A stretch of 64,000 nt of DNA from positions 4,030,001 to 4,094,000 of the forward strand of contig JAYWIR010000012.1 of NCBI GenBank assembly GCA_036172245.1, in the 5' to 3' direction. Position numbers and translations under genes: made by a program. The notes under the pieces were generated by a model. It worked only from the letters and a program-made list of their open reading frames with translations, did not search any database and was not told the origin of the DNA. Within the stretch, counting starts at the first letter, position 1. Every line of letters starts with the position of its first letter. The stretch comes from Raillietiella orientalis. Lineage: Eukaryota. Below are positions 1-10,499 of this stretch, piece by piece.

Positions 1-271
1 CGGACGCTCATCTCGCCGGAGCGAATCCCCCTCGGGTCCCCGGAAAGCGAAAGGGCCTCTCCGCCCCGAGCCCCGCGAAGACGGGAGAGGGCTGATGTTG
101 GAGGCGGCGCCGTTGGGCATGCAGCAGAAGGGAGGGGAGCAATGAACATGCTTTGTGTTGGGGGTGGCGTGGAAAGCCGCGGCACGAAAGGGCCGGAGGT
201 TGCCGTCTGCCGGTCTCCAGGCAACAGCAGGGAGTGCGAGAGACCGCGCGCCTCTTTTCTGCATTTTTTTT

Positions 272-1948
272 TTATTTTGCTTCGGTGGGCGGTTGGCCGG
301 GTTGGTTGGCGCCTCGCGTTTTCCTAAGCACGGCGAGCCTCGCCCTGTAGGACCGGATGGTGTCCCTGAGGTAGCGCAGCTCGTCCAGGTCGCCGAACCA
401 CGTACCGGGAACGTACGTTACGCACCCCCGCAGGGGTCCCAGTATTTTCCTGCCGATGTTGACTCCGGTCCTGAGCACGAGGAGGCTCTCCAGCACCTTC
501 ATGAGCTCCTCCTCCCCGAGGTTGACCATCGCCATCACCTTCCGCTGCCTGGACAGGTGGCGCATGTCGACCTTGAGCGTCTTCAGCGCTTCGATGGGGA
601 ATTCGATGCAGACCTTGAGGTCCGCCTCGCACGCGCAGAAGACGTACGGGCACTCGGTGACCACCACGTTGGCGCCGCCCTTCAGCCTGTGGGCGGCGAT
701 CAGATTGGTCAGATGGAACTTCAGCCTACTCCGGTACGCCTTGTTCGCGTCGGTGCACAGCATCAGCAGCTCCTCCTTCCGGACGCTCATGGCCCGCATC
801 CGGTTCAGCTTCTCGTCGATAAAGAAGAACTTGCCCATCTGGAGGCCCTTGGTCTGCCGGACGACGCCCTCCGTGTCCAGGATGCAGATCTCGGTTTTGG
901 GATTGAGGAACCTTCCCCTCTTCACCATCCTCTTCAAGGGCAGGAATTGCGCCACCGTCATCCCCAGAGACTTGGGCAGCCCGACCGAGCCCTTGGTCTC
1001 GTCCTCCTCTACCTTCATCTTCTTGACCGGTGGGTCATCCCCGTTGCCGCCATTCTCCGCTGCATTCTCCTCCTCGAGGATGTCCTCGTCCAGGAGGTCC
1101 TCGCAGTTCGACGTGTCCTCCTCCGACGTCCCTATCTCGGTCAGGGAATTTGGGTGGTTCACCGGGATGCCCTCCCTCTTGATTCGACTCTTCTTGCGCG
1201 GATCCCGGCGGCTGCTCTCTCGATACTCGTCGCAGCCCTCTTCGTCCTCCGACTCTGTCTCCGGGCCCGCCACCATGGGCATCATCGCCATCAGGCTCTC
1301 CGCCTCCTCCGCCTCCTCGTCGACCACGAACCTCTCCAGGAACCTGCAGGCCTCCAGGGCACTCGTGTACTCCGTGAGCTCCAGGACGCAGTTGCTGATC
1401 TTCCGCAGCCCGGGGCTGTTCACCGGCCTGTCGTCGTCCACCGCCTTGGTGACCTCCAGCGCAAACGACGCCCTGGCAAACAGCCGCAGCAGCAGCGGTA
1501 GCTTGGCGTCCTCCACGAAGCTCAGGAACGCCACGCTCAGACCGTTGGAGAGCCGGTCCAGAGTGTCTGGGGTGGGTTCGGGTCCACGCTTGAGACCCAT
1601 CCTCAGCTCGTGCAAACGGACGCACTCGGTCCACCGAGGCGTCCTCCGGTCCTCGTTCGCAGCGGCCTTCAGCTCCACGAAGGGCGCGTAGTACGCCTGG
1701 TGGAAGGAGGGCGTCCCCGTGAACTGCTCCCGCTCCTCCGCCTCCTCCGAATGGGAGGAGGAGGTCGAGGGAAGGGCCAGGCGCCGCTCCACACCGCCAG
1801 CGCCGCTTCCGGAGGTGCCTGCCGTTTTCTCCCTCGGGGTGGCGCTCGCGCTCGAAACCCCTCGCCAGACGCCCACGCCAGCAGCACCACCGTCAGCCGG
1901 AAGCGCCCCGGACCACGTCAGCGAGCTCGCACGATTGAGACGGCGCAT
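272..1948 (-). CDS. Intronless protein of unknown family, paralog A (558 aa from ATG 1948), with acidic low-complexity linker
   Basis: Part of ORF 272..2275. GC3-rich codons. Colinear similarity to ORF 4587..6347 (TPSFHQAYYAPF/TPAFQDAYYAPF; MMPMVAGPETESE/MMPVIAGPETESE; LKFHLTNLIAAHRL/LKFKLTNLIATHRL; identical TWFGDLDELRYLRDTIRSYR). AATAAA overlaps the stop. The start codon is uncertain. Confidence 0.8.
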   Translation of the reverse strand: MRRLNRASSLTWSGALPADGGAAGVGVWRGVSSASATPREKTAGTSGSGAGGVERRLALPSTSSSHSEEAEEREQFTGTPSFHQAYYAPFVELKAAANEDRRTPRWTECVRLHELRMGLKRGPEPTPDTLDRLSNGLSVAFLSFVEDAKLPLLLRLFARASFALEVTKAVDDDRPVNSPGLRKISNCVLELTEYTSALEACRFLERFVVDEEAEEAESLMAMMPMVAGPETESEDEEGCDEYRESSRRDPRKKSRIKREGIPVNHPNSLTEIGTSEEDTSNCEDLLDEDILEEENAAENGGNGDDPPVKKMKVEEDETKGSVGLPKSLGMTVAQFLPLKRMVKRGRFLNPKTEICILDTEGVVRQTKGLQMGKFFFIDEKLNRMRAMSVRKEELLMLCTDANKAYRSRLKFHLTNLIAAHRLKGGANVVVTECPYVFCACEADLKVCIEFPIEALKTLKVDMRHLSRQRKVMAMVNLGEEELMKVLESLLVLRTGVNIGRKILGPLRGCVTYVPGTWFGDLDELRYLRDTIRSYRARLAVLRKTRGANQPGQPPTEAK

Positions 1949-1970
1949 CCTCGCGCGGATCCTTAAATAC
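1934..1970 (-). promoter_or_regulatory. Candidate core promoter of paralog A (TATTTAA followed about 30 nt later by TCAAT)
   Basis: Minus strand reads GTATTTAAGGATCCGCGCGAGGATGCGCCGTCTCAATC. It is a rare AT-rich word in a very GC-rich arm. Confidence 0.45.
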
Positions 1971-2549
1971 GTGCCCCTCCCGCGCTGCGGCGCTCGCGCA
2001 CCCCTCCCGGTGGTGTGCCGCTTCGCTTCCGAATTCGCCCTGCGGGCGGAAGGGCACGGGATGCTCCCTCGCGTGGACCGCCTCGCACACACCCCTCCCT
2101 CTCCTCCCCCCTTCTCTCGGCGGCGTCTCCGGCCTCTTCCCTCCCCGGGGGCTGGCGTTCCCCCGTCGGAAAGCGTGCCGCCTCGGCTGGGCGCCCGCGG
2201 GTTCTTTGCCAGGCGCGTCCTCGCCCGTCCCGGCACGCGCCTTCGCTCCCCCACGTGGTCCATCCGGCGCGGCACGACCTGGCAGCGCTGGTCGCGGGCG
2301 CCACGCGCCTGCCCCTCCTCTCACCCTGCCTCCCTCCCCTCTCTCTCTGCGGCACTAGGGCGGCTCTCCGAGCCATCGGGAGGCGCGGATCCCCCCTCCT
2401 CTTACCATCTAGCGAAAGCGGGGCGAAGGACAGCAGACGGTCGACCGCCGCCGGCAGAGGAGACTTCGGTTCGCCAACGCGCGCCTGGCGAGGCGGGCGG
2501 GCGGGTGCTGCGAGAGACGCGGGTTGTCCGAGAGGAGCGTCCGAGGAGG
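1941..2549. repeat. Left arm of 609-bp inverted repeat
   Basis: Reverse complement of 3952-4560 (paired coordinates sum to 6501). ORF-track translations across both arms are identical in several frames (e.g. 1963..2376- equals 4125..4538+). Confidence 0.95.
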
Positions 2550-2829
2550 GGAGCTGCTGCTGGTCGGGTTTCGTGCGAGGTGCACCCCAACAGCACCACT
2601 CGGCGCAGAGATTCCGATGGTTGTGCAGGAGCTCCGACCCTTCGAGCTGATTTCATCCAGGGAGGACCCAGGCTATCCCTTTGGTCTTTCCAGTGCGCCG
2701 TCGGACAGCCGCTTTCTTCCTCGACTAGCCCGAACAATTCATCTGCGCACACTTCTCTTCGGAACTGCAAATCTCCAGGAGCTTTCAGACGTTTAGCATG
2801 TTGAAAGAAATGGAGGAGCAGAGCGACTT

Positions 2830-3780
2830 TTTTGGGGTGCTCAACATCACCATCCTCCTCCCCTTTTTCCTCCTCCTCATATTCCTCCCTTCTCCTCCTC
2901 CTCCCTTCCTCCACTTCTGACTTCTTTTGCCTAATCCTCCCTTCCCCTTTCCTCCTCCTTTCTCCCTTCTTCCTTTTCTCTTCCTTATCCTCCTCTTCTT
3001 TTCCTCCTCCTTCTTGCTTCCCTCTTCCTCTTCCTCCCACTATGTTTAGGCTTTTCTTCCCCCTCTCCTTCCCGAACAAGCTGCTTCCGGGCCTTCTTTC
3101 CTGCTCTAACCTCATCCTCAATCTCCAGCGGGATGTCTCCGCGCTCCTTCGTTGGATGCTGCCGTACTCCGTTACTCCTCCCGGTCTGTTGCCATCGGGA
3201 GCTCGCCCGGTGGCGTCACGGCTCCAGACTGTCTGCCCCTCGTCCCCCTCACATAGAGTGCCGAATCGCTCCGAGACTGCGCGAATCTGGGGCCAGGTTT
3301 CTCTTTCCCTCCGCCATCCAAGGGAGCGGAAAGTGCAGCGGGGTGCATCAGAGTGCCGATCCCGCCTTCCGTGCATCCCTTCGGTCCACCATTGCATCTT
3401 CTTCCTCCTGGGAACACTCAGAAGGGACGAAAGGTGGATGCCGCAGGCTGCTAAGCACCGCAGGACCTCCACCTCCTCCTTCACCTCTCTCCTTCCCTAT
3501 CCTTTCTTCCCGCTCCCTCCTCCACCCTCCTGTCCCTCCGACCCTCCCACGACTCCTCCTTGCCCTTTTTCTTACCCTATATCCCTGTTGCTCTTCCATC
3601 CCCTCTCCTTTTCTCACCCTTCGATCATCCCTTCCTCCGCCTCGACCTATTTCCTTCCTGGCCGAAGAAGACCTGCAGGTGCGCATCCACTGCCCTCTCT
3701 GGTCGCATCCTTGCCCGCCCATTCCGAGGAGGAAGAGGGAAACACCCTCCTACCTTTCTCCTCCCCCTTCCTTGAGCATT
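2830..3780 (+). repeat. Polypyrimidine (CT-rich) low-complexity tracts in the inverted-repeat spacer
   Basis: Runs of ctt/cct/tcc at about 2830-3110, 3470-3660 and 3740-3775. Confidence 0.85.
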
Positions 3781-3951
3781 GAGGAGGAAATGCGTTCCGG
3801 ATTGCCGTCCCCTGCTTCCGGGAGACCCTTGCGCGGCGCAGCGGAAGCAGCCGGAAACAACGGGTGCCTCGGCTTCGGCCAAACCACTCCAGCGCGGCAC
3901 TCTTGTGAGCTACGAGAGGGACCGACGAGCCACTGCTTCGCCTCTCCCCCT

Positions 3952-4560
3952 CCTCCTCGGACGCTCCTCTCGGACAACCCGCGTCTCTCGCAGCACCCGC
4001 CCGCCCGCCTCGCCAGGCGCGCGTTGGCGAACCGAAGTCTCCTCTGCCGGCGGCGGTCGACCGTCTGCTGTCCTTCGCCCCGCTTTCGCTAGATGGTAAG
4101 AGGAGGGGGGATCCGCGCCTCCCGATGGCTCGGAGAGCCGCCCTAGTGCCGCAGAGAGAGAGGGGAGGGAGGCAGGGTGAGAGGAGGGGCAGGCGCGTGG
4201 CGCCCGCGACCAGCGCTGCCAGGTCGTGCCGCGCCGGATGGACCACGTGGGGGAGCGAAGGCGCGTGCCGGGACGGGCGAGGACGCGCCTGGCAAAGAAC
4301 CCGCGGGCGCCCAGCCGAGGCGGCACGCTTTCCGACGGGGGAACGCCAGCCCCCGGGGAGGGAAGAGGCCGGAGACGCCGCCGAGAGAAGGGGGGAGGAG
4401 AGGGAGGGGTGTGTGCGAGGCGGTCCACGCGAGGGAGCATCCCGTGCCCTTCCGCCCGCAGGGCGAATTCGGAAGCGAAGCGGCACACCACCGGGAGGGG
4501 TGCGCGAGCGCCGCAGCGCGGGAGGGGCACGTATTTAAGGATCCGCGCGAGGATGCGCCG
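3952..4560. repeat. Right arm of 609-bp inverted repeat
   Basis: Reverse complement of 1941-2549; the first mismatches are at 3951 and 4561. Confidence 0.95.
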
Positions 4561-4567
4561 CCTCAGT
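4531..4567 (+). promoter_or_regulatory. Candidate core promoter of paralog B (TATTTAA plus TCAGT initiator)
   Basis: GTATTTAA at 4531-4538 and TCAGT at 4563-4567. The spacing is typical of TATA-Inr promoters. Confidence 0.5.
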
Positions 4568-4586
4568 AGCGCAAATTGGCGGCTGC

Positions 4587-6347
4587 GTGCTGCGTGGCAG
4601 GACGGAGGAAGTGCCAGCGGCGAGTGGGACTTCCGAGGTGTCGATCCGCACCGGTCAGCTGGAGGGGGAACGAGAGCCGCGGGCGTCAACGTCGGCGCTG
4701 GGGGATGACGGTCAGGAGGACGAGGACGACGACGACCTTGAGGACGAGGACGAGGACGACCTTGAGGACGAGGATGAGGATGCGGCGGTCCCGGAGCTCG
4801 TCCTGGATCGTACCATCCCCCCGCCGTTCCCCCGCGAATCCATCCCCATGGATGAGGAGACACGGGAGTGGGAGCAGTACCTGGCCACTCCCGCCTTCCA
4901 GGACGCGTACTATGCCCCCTTCGAGACCCTGAGGAGCGCCGACACGGAGTCTTGCCGGATGCCCAAGTGGATGGACTGCATGGATGTGGACGAGGTGCGG
5001 ATGTGCCAGGAGGTGGCCGGTCCGTCGACCTCCCAATCGACGACGCAGTCGCCCACCAGCGCCGACGCCGAGGGCGCCGATCTCACCACCGCCCTGACCG
5101 ACGCGTTCGCCGCGTACCACCAGAGCAGAGGCGAGGCGCAGCTGTCCGTCCTGAAGAAGCTGTACGCGCGCGCTATGTTCGCGGCAGACATGGTGCGGAT
5201 GCTGAATGATGGCGGGCCGCCACACGCGCAGGCCTTCGAGAGACTCCGTCGGTCCATCTTCAGTCGCAGCGAGTACAGCTCCGAGCTGGAGATGTGCAAG
5301 TACCTGGATCAGTTCGTTCTGGACGAAGAAAAGGACGGCATCGGCACGTTCCTGGCGATGATGCCGGTGATTGCCGGCCCTGAGACGGAGTCGGAGGAGG
5401 AGAGCGTGCCGGGCCCGTTCAGCGGCAGCCTAATCAACGACTACAAGGAGAGCAGCCGCCGCAACCCGCGCAAGAAGAGCAGGATCGTGAGGGACGTGAT
5501 CCCGGTGAACGACCCGACGTACGTGAGCGACTCCCCGTCCGAGGAGGATGAAGAGGAAGGGGATGAGGGGGAGGCCTCGCCGTCCTACGCGTCCCTGGAC
5601 GAAAGCGCCCCTCCCTCGCCCCTGAGGAAGTCGAAGCTTGAGGGCAACCCCCGGGATAACTTCACGGTGCCAAAGATCCTGGGGATGACGGTGACGGAGT
5701 TCCTGCAGGCGAAGAGGAAGATCGAGCGGGGCAAGATGATAGTCCCCCGGGTGGAGGTGTGCGTATTTGACCTGCACGGGGTCATCCGGACCCTAGCGGG
5801 CGTAAAGGCCGTCGGCAGGATGCTGTTCATCGACGACAGGCTGGAGCGGCAAAAGCCGCTGAGCTTCGTCAAGGAGGAGCTGCTGACGCTGTGCTCTGAC
5901 GAGACGAGGATCTACCGCAGCAAGCTTAAGTTCAAGCTGACCAACTTGATCGCCACCCACAGGCTGAGAGGCGGCGTCAACGTGGTCATCACCGAGTACC
6001 CTTACGTCTTTTGCTGCATCGAAGCCAAGGTGAAGCTGTGCATCGACTGCCCCGAAGAGATCTTGGACTCCATGAAGACGGACATGTTCCATCTCTCCAG
6101 CCAGAGGAAGATGCTACTCGTGCGAGACCTCCAAGTGGAAGAGGTGGCCAAGGTGCTCGAGCTGATTCTCACTCAGAGGACCGGGGTCAAGCTGGGCAGG
6201 AAGATCAGGACGTCCGACTCCAGCATGGTGTACCTGCCCAGCACGTGGTTCGGGGACCTGGACGAGCTGCGCTACCTCAGGGACACCATCCGGTCCTACA
6301 GGGGGAGGCTGAAGGTTCTGAAGAAGAAGAGGCAGAAGAAGCAGTGA
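4587..6347 (+). CDS. Intronless protein of unknown family, paralog B (first in-frame ATG at 4848 gives 499 aa)
   Basis: Long open frame with strong GC3 bias, D/E-rich N-terminal repeats and a basic C-terminus (KKKRQKKQ). Colinear homology to 272..1948(-). AAAATAAAAA at about 6501-6516. Confidence 0.85.
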   Translation: MLRGRTEEVPAASGTSEVSIRTGQLEGEREPRASTSALGDDGQEDEDDDDLEDEDEDDLEDEDEDAAVPELVLDRTIPPPFPRESIPMDEETREWEQYLATPAFQDAYYAPFETLRSADTESCRMPKWMDCMDVDEVRMCQEVAGPSTSQSTTQSPTSADAEGADLTTALTDAFAAYHQSRGEAQLSVLKKLYARAMFAADMVRMLNDGGPPHAQAFERLRRSIFSRSEYSSELEMCKYLDQFVLDEEKDGIGTFLAMMPVIAGPETESEEESVPGPFSGSLINDYKESSRRNPRKKSRIVRDVIPVNDPTYVSDSPSEEDEEEGDEGEASPSYASLDESAPPSPLRKSKLEGNPRDNFTVPKILGMTVTEFLQAKRKIERGKMIVPRVEVCVFDLHGVIRTLAGVKAVGRMLFIDDRLERQKPLSFVKEELLTLCSDETRIYRSKLKFKLTNLIATHRLRGGVNVVITEYPYVFCCIEAKVKLCIDCPEEILDSMKTDMFHLSSQRKMLLVRDLQVEEVAKVLELILTQRTGVKLGRKIRTSDSSMVYLPSTWFGDLDELRYLRDTIRSYRGRLKVLKKKRQKKQ

Positions 6348-7056
6348 GAGACGCGCACTGGGATGGCGGGGCCACCCCATCTGCTGCCGAAACGACCAGG
6401 AGAGACGGTACTCGGCGGTATACATGTTATTCGGGAGCACTTGGAAGAAGATCCCATCCCTCCCTTGACACCACAGCGCGGCAGGCCGCGAACCTGGCCC
6501 AAAATAAAAAAAAAAACTCGGCAGAGGAGGAAGGGAGGAGGAGGAAGGGAAGAAGAGGAGGAAGGAAGGAAGTTGGCTCCGCCTGTCCTTTCGTGTCCCG
6601 GCGCTCAAGAAACTCACACGTTTAGGATGACGCTGTTCTCATAAGACGTGCTCGCTGCCTCCCTTCCTTCTGCATGCCCGGTGCGACACCGACCCTTCCG
6701 TCCTCGCAGGCTTTCCTGTGTCCCTTCGGACCGCGGGAGCGACTTCGCGTCCCGTGGAGGGAGGGAATGCCGCCGCCTCTACCCGGAGGTACTGAGTGGA
6801 ATGCCCGCGGGAGCTCGGGGCAGGACGCCCTTTCACGTTCCAGGGTCCAAGGGGTCCGCTTCGGGACTTCAAGATGGGCAGTTTCCCGCGTTGGCAGTAG
6901 CTCCCGGTTCCAACCCGGGAAGGGGGAGGGCGCTTTGTTGGCTCTCATATGCCGCGGATGGCGGAAATGTTCCCTGTCCCATTGTCCTCCTTTCCCCCCC
7001 TTGGAATTCGAAGCGTCCATTCCACGCTGCCACCTCGGGCTATGCAGGCGACGGGG

Positions 7057-7489
7057 TCAGGAGAGGGGGAGACAAGGATGTGCTTTCCCGTGTTCCCGGA
7101 ATGTAGGCAAGCACGCTGGTAGCGAGGTGGAAGCGCCATCGTCATCAACGGGAGGGGGAGATCCGGCATCGGAGAAGCGGCCCTTCCGGAGCAAGGAGAC
7201 GGAGGCTTCAGTGGACAACTCGGTGGACTCCTTCTCCGGGTGGAGAGAGACCACCTGCAGCAAGACGTTTCCCTGACCACCATAGATGAGCGGCCTGCGG
7301 CCTGACGTGGCCCCTGATGGGACTCCCATCTCGGTTCTCTCGCTCATCCGGATCGCGGCGGCGGCCGCCGACGGGCGAGGCCGATGGGGACAGCAGCACG
7401 TCAGCAGTCCACGCACCGAGGACGAACGATCGAAATTGACGAAAATAGAATTCGTTGTTTACTGAGGAAGCGTCATCATTGAGTGCCAT
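7057..7489 (-). pseudogene. Possible frameshifted gene start (MALNDDASSVNNEFYFRQFRSFVLG...)
   Basis: caaATG at the edge of the AT-rich island and a protein-like N-terminus. It continues only in overlapping shifted frames (7057..7416). No family recognised. Confidence 0.25.
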
Positions 7490-7955
7490 TTGAGTGATGA
7501 CGCAGAAAAATGCAAAATCTCGCTTTCACCTTTTTAATTGGCTTGCTTTTTTTTTTTTTTTTTGGCTTTTCCCCGCCATTTTGAATCGTCACAATCTCTT
7601 TCATTGTTGAAAAATTCGATATTTACATATTCATGCAATATACGTTTATTGAACACGTGTATCCATATACATTGAACGTACATATTCATCTTATAATCTT
7701 AACAGCATGTCATCAACAATATATATTCATCTACATATAAATATAAATAAACATTACTAATTCTATTAATATGTATGTACATAAATCTGTGTTAAAAAAA
7801 AGTTTGCATATTGATCTGTATATAAATATATATGTTAATGTACACACAATAGGCACGCATATTTATCTTTTTTTATAACTTTTAGAATATCCATTCATCT
7901 GCATATGAAATCATGTATCAGTTTACAATAACAGGCGTATGTATTTGTTTTTAGG

Positions 7956-10127
7956 ATGGCTCGGGATTTCTGCGTTCCGAAATTCGAACCAAACCCCCGT
8001 TTCATAGACCTTGGGCAGCGTCATCACAGGGAAACCATCCTCGCCTCACTAACGGATCGCGACTAACATCACCAGTCTCACAGCATCCAACATCACCAGT
8101 CTCACAGCATCTGAGCTGGTGCACACAGAAAAGCGTGTGCGGCGATACCCTGGCGAGATCAGACGATGCAGAGTCTTCGCAGCATCCACCCGCAGTCCAG
8201 CCAGAATTCGGCCGGGGAGGACCTAGAAGTCCGGGGGGCACTTCGAGCTAACGAAGAGTTCGGACGCGAAGATCTCTCGTTACCGAAAAATTCCGGGCAT
8301 TCTCCGCTCCTTCGACGAGGGAGACGCCAGCACGTAGCGAAGCAATTGCCGGCAACCATTAGCCCGTTCGGGGACGTGCCATCCCTACAGTAACGAGCGG
8401 CGTTCGTTTCTTCCCTTCTTCGCTTCCTGGAGGCTCCGGCTCTGCCACCGCACCTGCACTGGCTGGTCCATTTTGGTAACGAGAGGAAAGCGGATGAGTT
8501 TCTCGAAAATTGCGAACTGTCGAATCGCTCGCTGTTGAGCCTCGTGACCGTTTCCTTGTCACCCGCATGTCCGGAAAGAGAGAAGCCATAAAAGGCACGA
8601 TGTGAAATTTGCAATCGAGGCTTCCATCATGTAGCCAATCTCCTATGTCACAGAGTTAGGACTCATTCAGTTCTTACTGAAGATTCTGAAAATGCCAAGT
8701 ATGATTCGGGTGTCCAACTCAACAGATGGAGAATTGACTGCATATCAATGCAATCTTTGCAACAAAGCTTTCAGAACTTCTGTCCAATTACATCTTCATA
8801 TTGAAAGCACACATGTTATGAAAGTTGTAATCACAAAGCAGAAATCATTAACCCCAAACAATAAGGTTCCTAGAGAGCTACATGCTTCTGCTAATGCAGG
8901 GAAGATGAGCGTATCGTCTTCAGATAGCACCCTTAGATCCCAAATAGATAGAATTTTGAAATCTATTCATAAGGGAATGCAGCAGAGAAGCTTACCACAA
9001 GCAGTGTGTTCATCTTATCTCAACACCTTTACTAAAAATTCTGTCTCCAAATCTGTGCTTAATACTTCAAAAAGAACAAAATCCAAGGTCCCTGTTCCCA
9101 AACTGACTCGAATATGTAATAGTGAAGGGGAACAAGAGAATGAGAAGACAAAGGTCCAAACTGATGTGCTTGTGCTAGATCCAATCAACACAAAAGCAAT
9201 GGAATGGTCACGACAGAACAATCAGTTGGCGTTTGCTCTTTTCAAACCTATGAAAGGAGTACCTGTTCTAGTCAAGATTCTTGATACTCTAAATAATAAA
9301 CAGGTTCTGTGTCCTGCGACTGCAGAAGATTTGAAAGAATTTGGCAAGATATTTGTACCAGAGGATTCAGATGCTTGCAAGCTGACGCAAAATGTTCAAA
9401 TGAAAGTTCCTGTTGTAGCAAGTATCACACAAACTGTTGCTGAAGATGGTTATTACTGTGGAACCTGTTACTAGTGAAACAGAGGACAGCTACCTAGATC
9501 AAGATTTTCAGATGTCCCCTGTAGAGGATTCATCGCTGGAGCTATTTAATAATCAATATTCTGATGCTATATCGGAAACAGGAAGCAACCTGTTGTTGGA
9601 ATCAAATCATCGTGAACTTCCCATAGAATTGTTAGCTCCGATGACACCCAATTCGGAAAATCTGATTTCGGACACCACTCTGGAAAATTCTCAGCCCATG
9701 CAATATTATCGTGAAGATGAGAGCTCCATGCTTAATGAGATCCCATCAGTGAAGCACATGAATCTGATGGTTGTATCAAATCAGCAAGATGATGATATAA
9801 TTAGCTCAGATGACCCGAGGATGGAGATCGATTCTTTCGATCAGCAGAGCGTGCACCTATTTTGCCAGCGAGCGGATGGGTCTCGGAATAATCGGAACGG
9901 AGAAGCAGCAGCTGAGTCAGATCTCCGACGCACGAACTGTTCATCCGGGAAGCAAGTGGAACGGTTGCTCACAGTTGATATTCAACGATGACCCCGAGCA
10001 GCTTTTCATCAGAGATTCTTCAGAGCCGATGCACATGTTGATGGTGCAGCGGCTTCAGGAGCACGAGAGCAAAGAAGTCGAATACATCGTGCAGGCTGGC
10101 GAGGACGTGTCGTCGTTAGGGAATTGA
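7956..10127 (+). pseudogene. C2H2 zinc-finger gene with multiple frameshifts (pseudogene or assembly errors)
   Basis: CEICNRGFHHVANLLCHRVRTH at 8601-8666 and CNLCNKAFRTSVQLHLHIESTH in ORF 8692..9474 lie in different frames. The gene continues through overlapping ORFs 9437..9991 and 9810..10127. ATG 7956 follows a TTTTTAG acceptor-like site. Confidence 0.7.
8065..8111 (+). repeat. Tandem duplication, 2 x 23 bp (period 24)
   Basis: AACATCACCAGTCTCACAGCATC at 8065-8087 and 8089-8111. Confidence 0.9.
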
Positions 10128-10499
10128 ATCGCACTCATTATATATTGGCTCTTCAGCGCACACTTGTGTTTTATTTAGAATGACTCGTACATGTGTTTCT
10201 TTTCGTAGTTTCTCAAATTGCAAACGTTTTTCTAAAGCTTTTTGAAGCGAGGTTCGGGATCCTCTTTCCACTGCCATCGAAGTGTGATGTGGCTGTTTTT
10301 CTCATTTCCGATGTAGACGACGTTGACTTGGGATGAAAGCAGAGCATTTTTTTGTTGATGTTTTTTTTTTTTTCCTTCACATGCTTCGACTTCAGGAAGG
10401 ATGCGAGTGAGCGTTCTTCGGACGGAACAGTGCGGCTTCGAGGGCACTGTTCCTAGGCAGCACCGAGGGCAGCGGAGTGCGCGCGCTGCCCAAGCCTGT

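Noticed and set aside
155..1691. Long plus-strand ORFs 155..1501 and 456..1691
   Set aside because: Antisense shadows of the GC3-rich paralog A gene.
1949..2275. N-terminal extension of ORF 272..2275 (MPRRMDH...)
   Set aside because: It lies in the GC-rich repeat arm upstream of the TATA-like box and is R/G-rich. The same frame terminates at 4708 in the other copy.
2402..3782. ORFs 2402..3484(-) and 2832..3782(+)
   Set aside because: Products of the polypyrimidine low-complexity tracts (E/K/R or S/L/F/P runs).
1941..4560. Inverted repeat as TIRs of a DNA transposon
   Set aside because: No transposase in the spacer and no TSD seen. Outer ends fade into homologous gene starts on both sides. 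Not fully excluded without a copy-number search.
4715..4780. Short periodic repeats as a possible array
   Set aside because: They are D/E codon repeats within the coding frame. No CRISPR-like repeat-spacer array was seen anywhere in the window.
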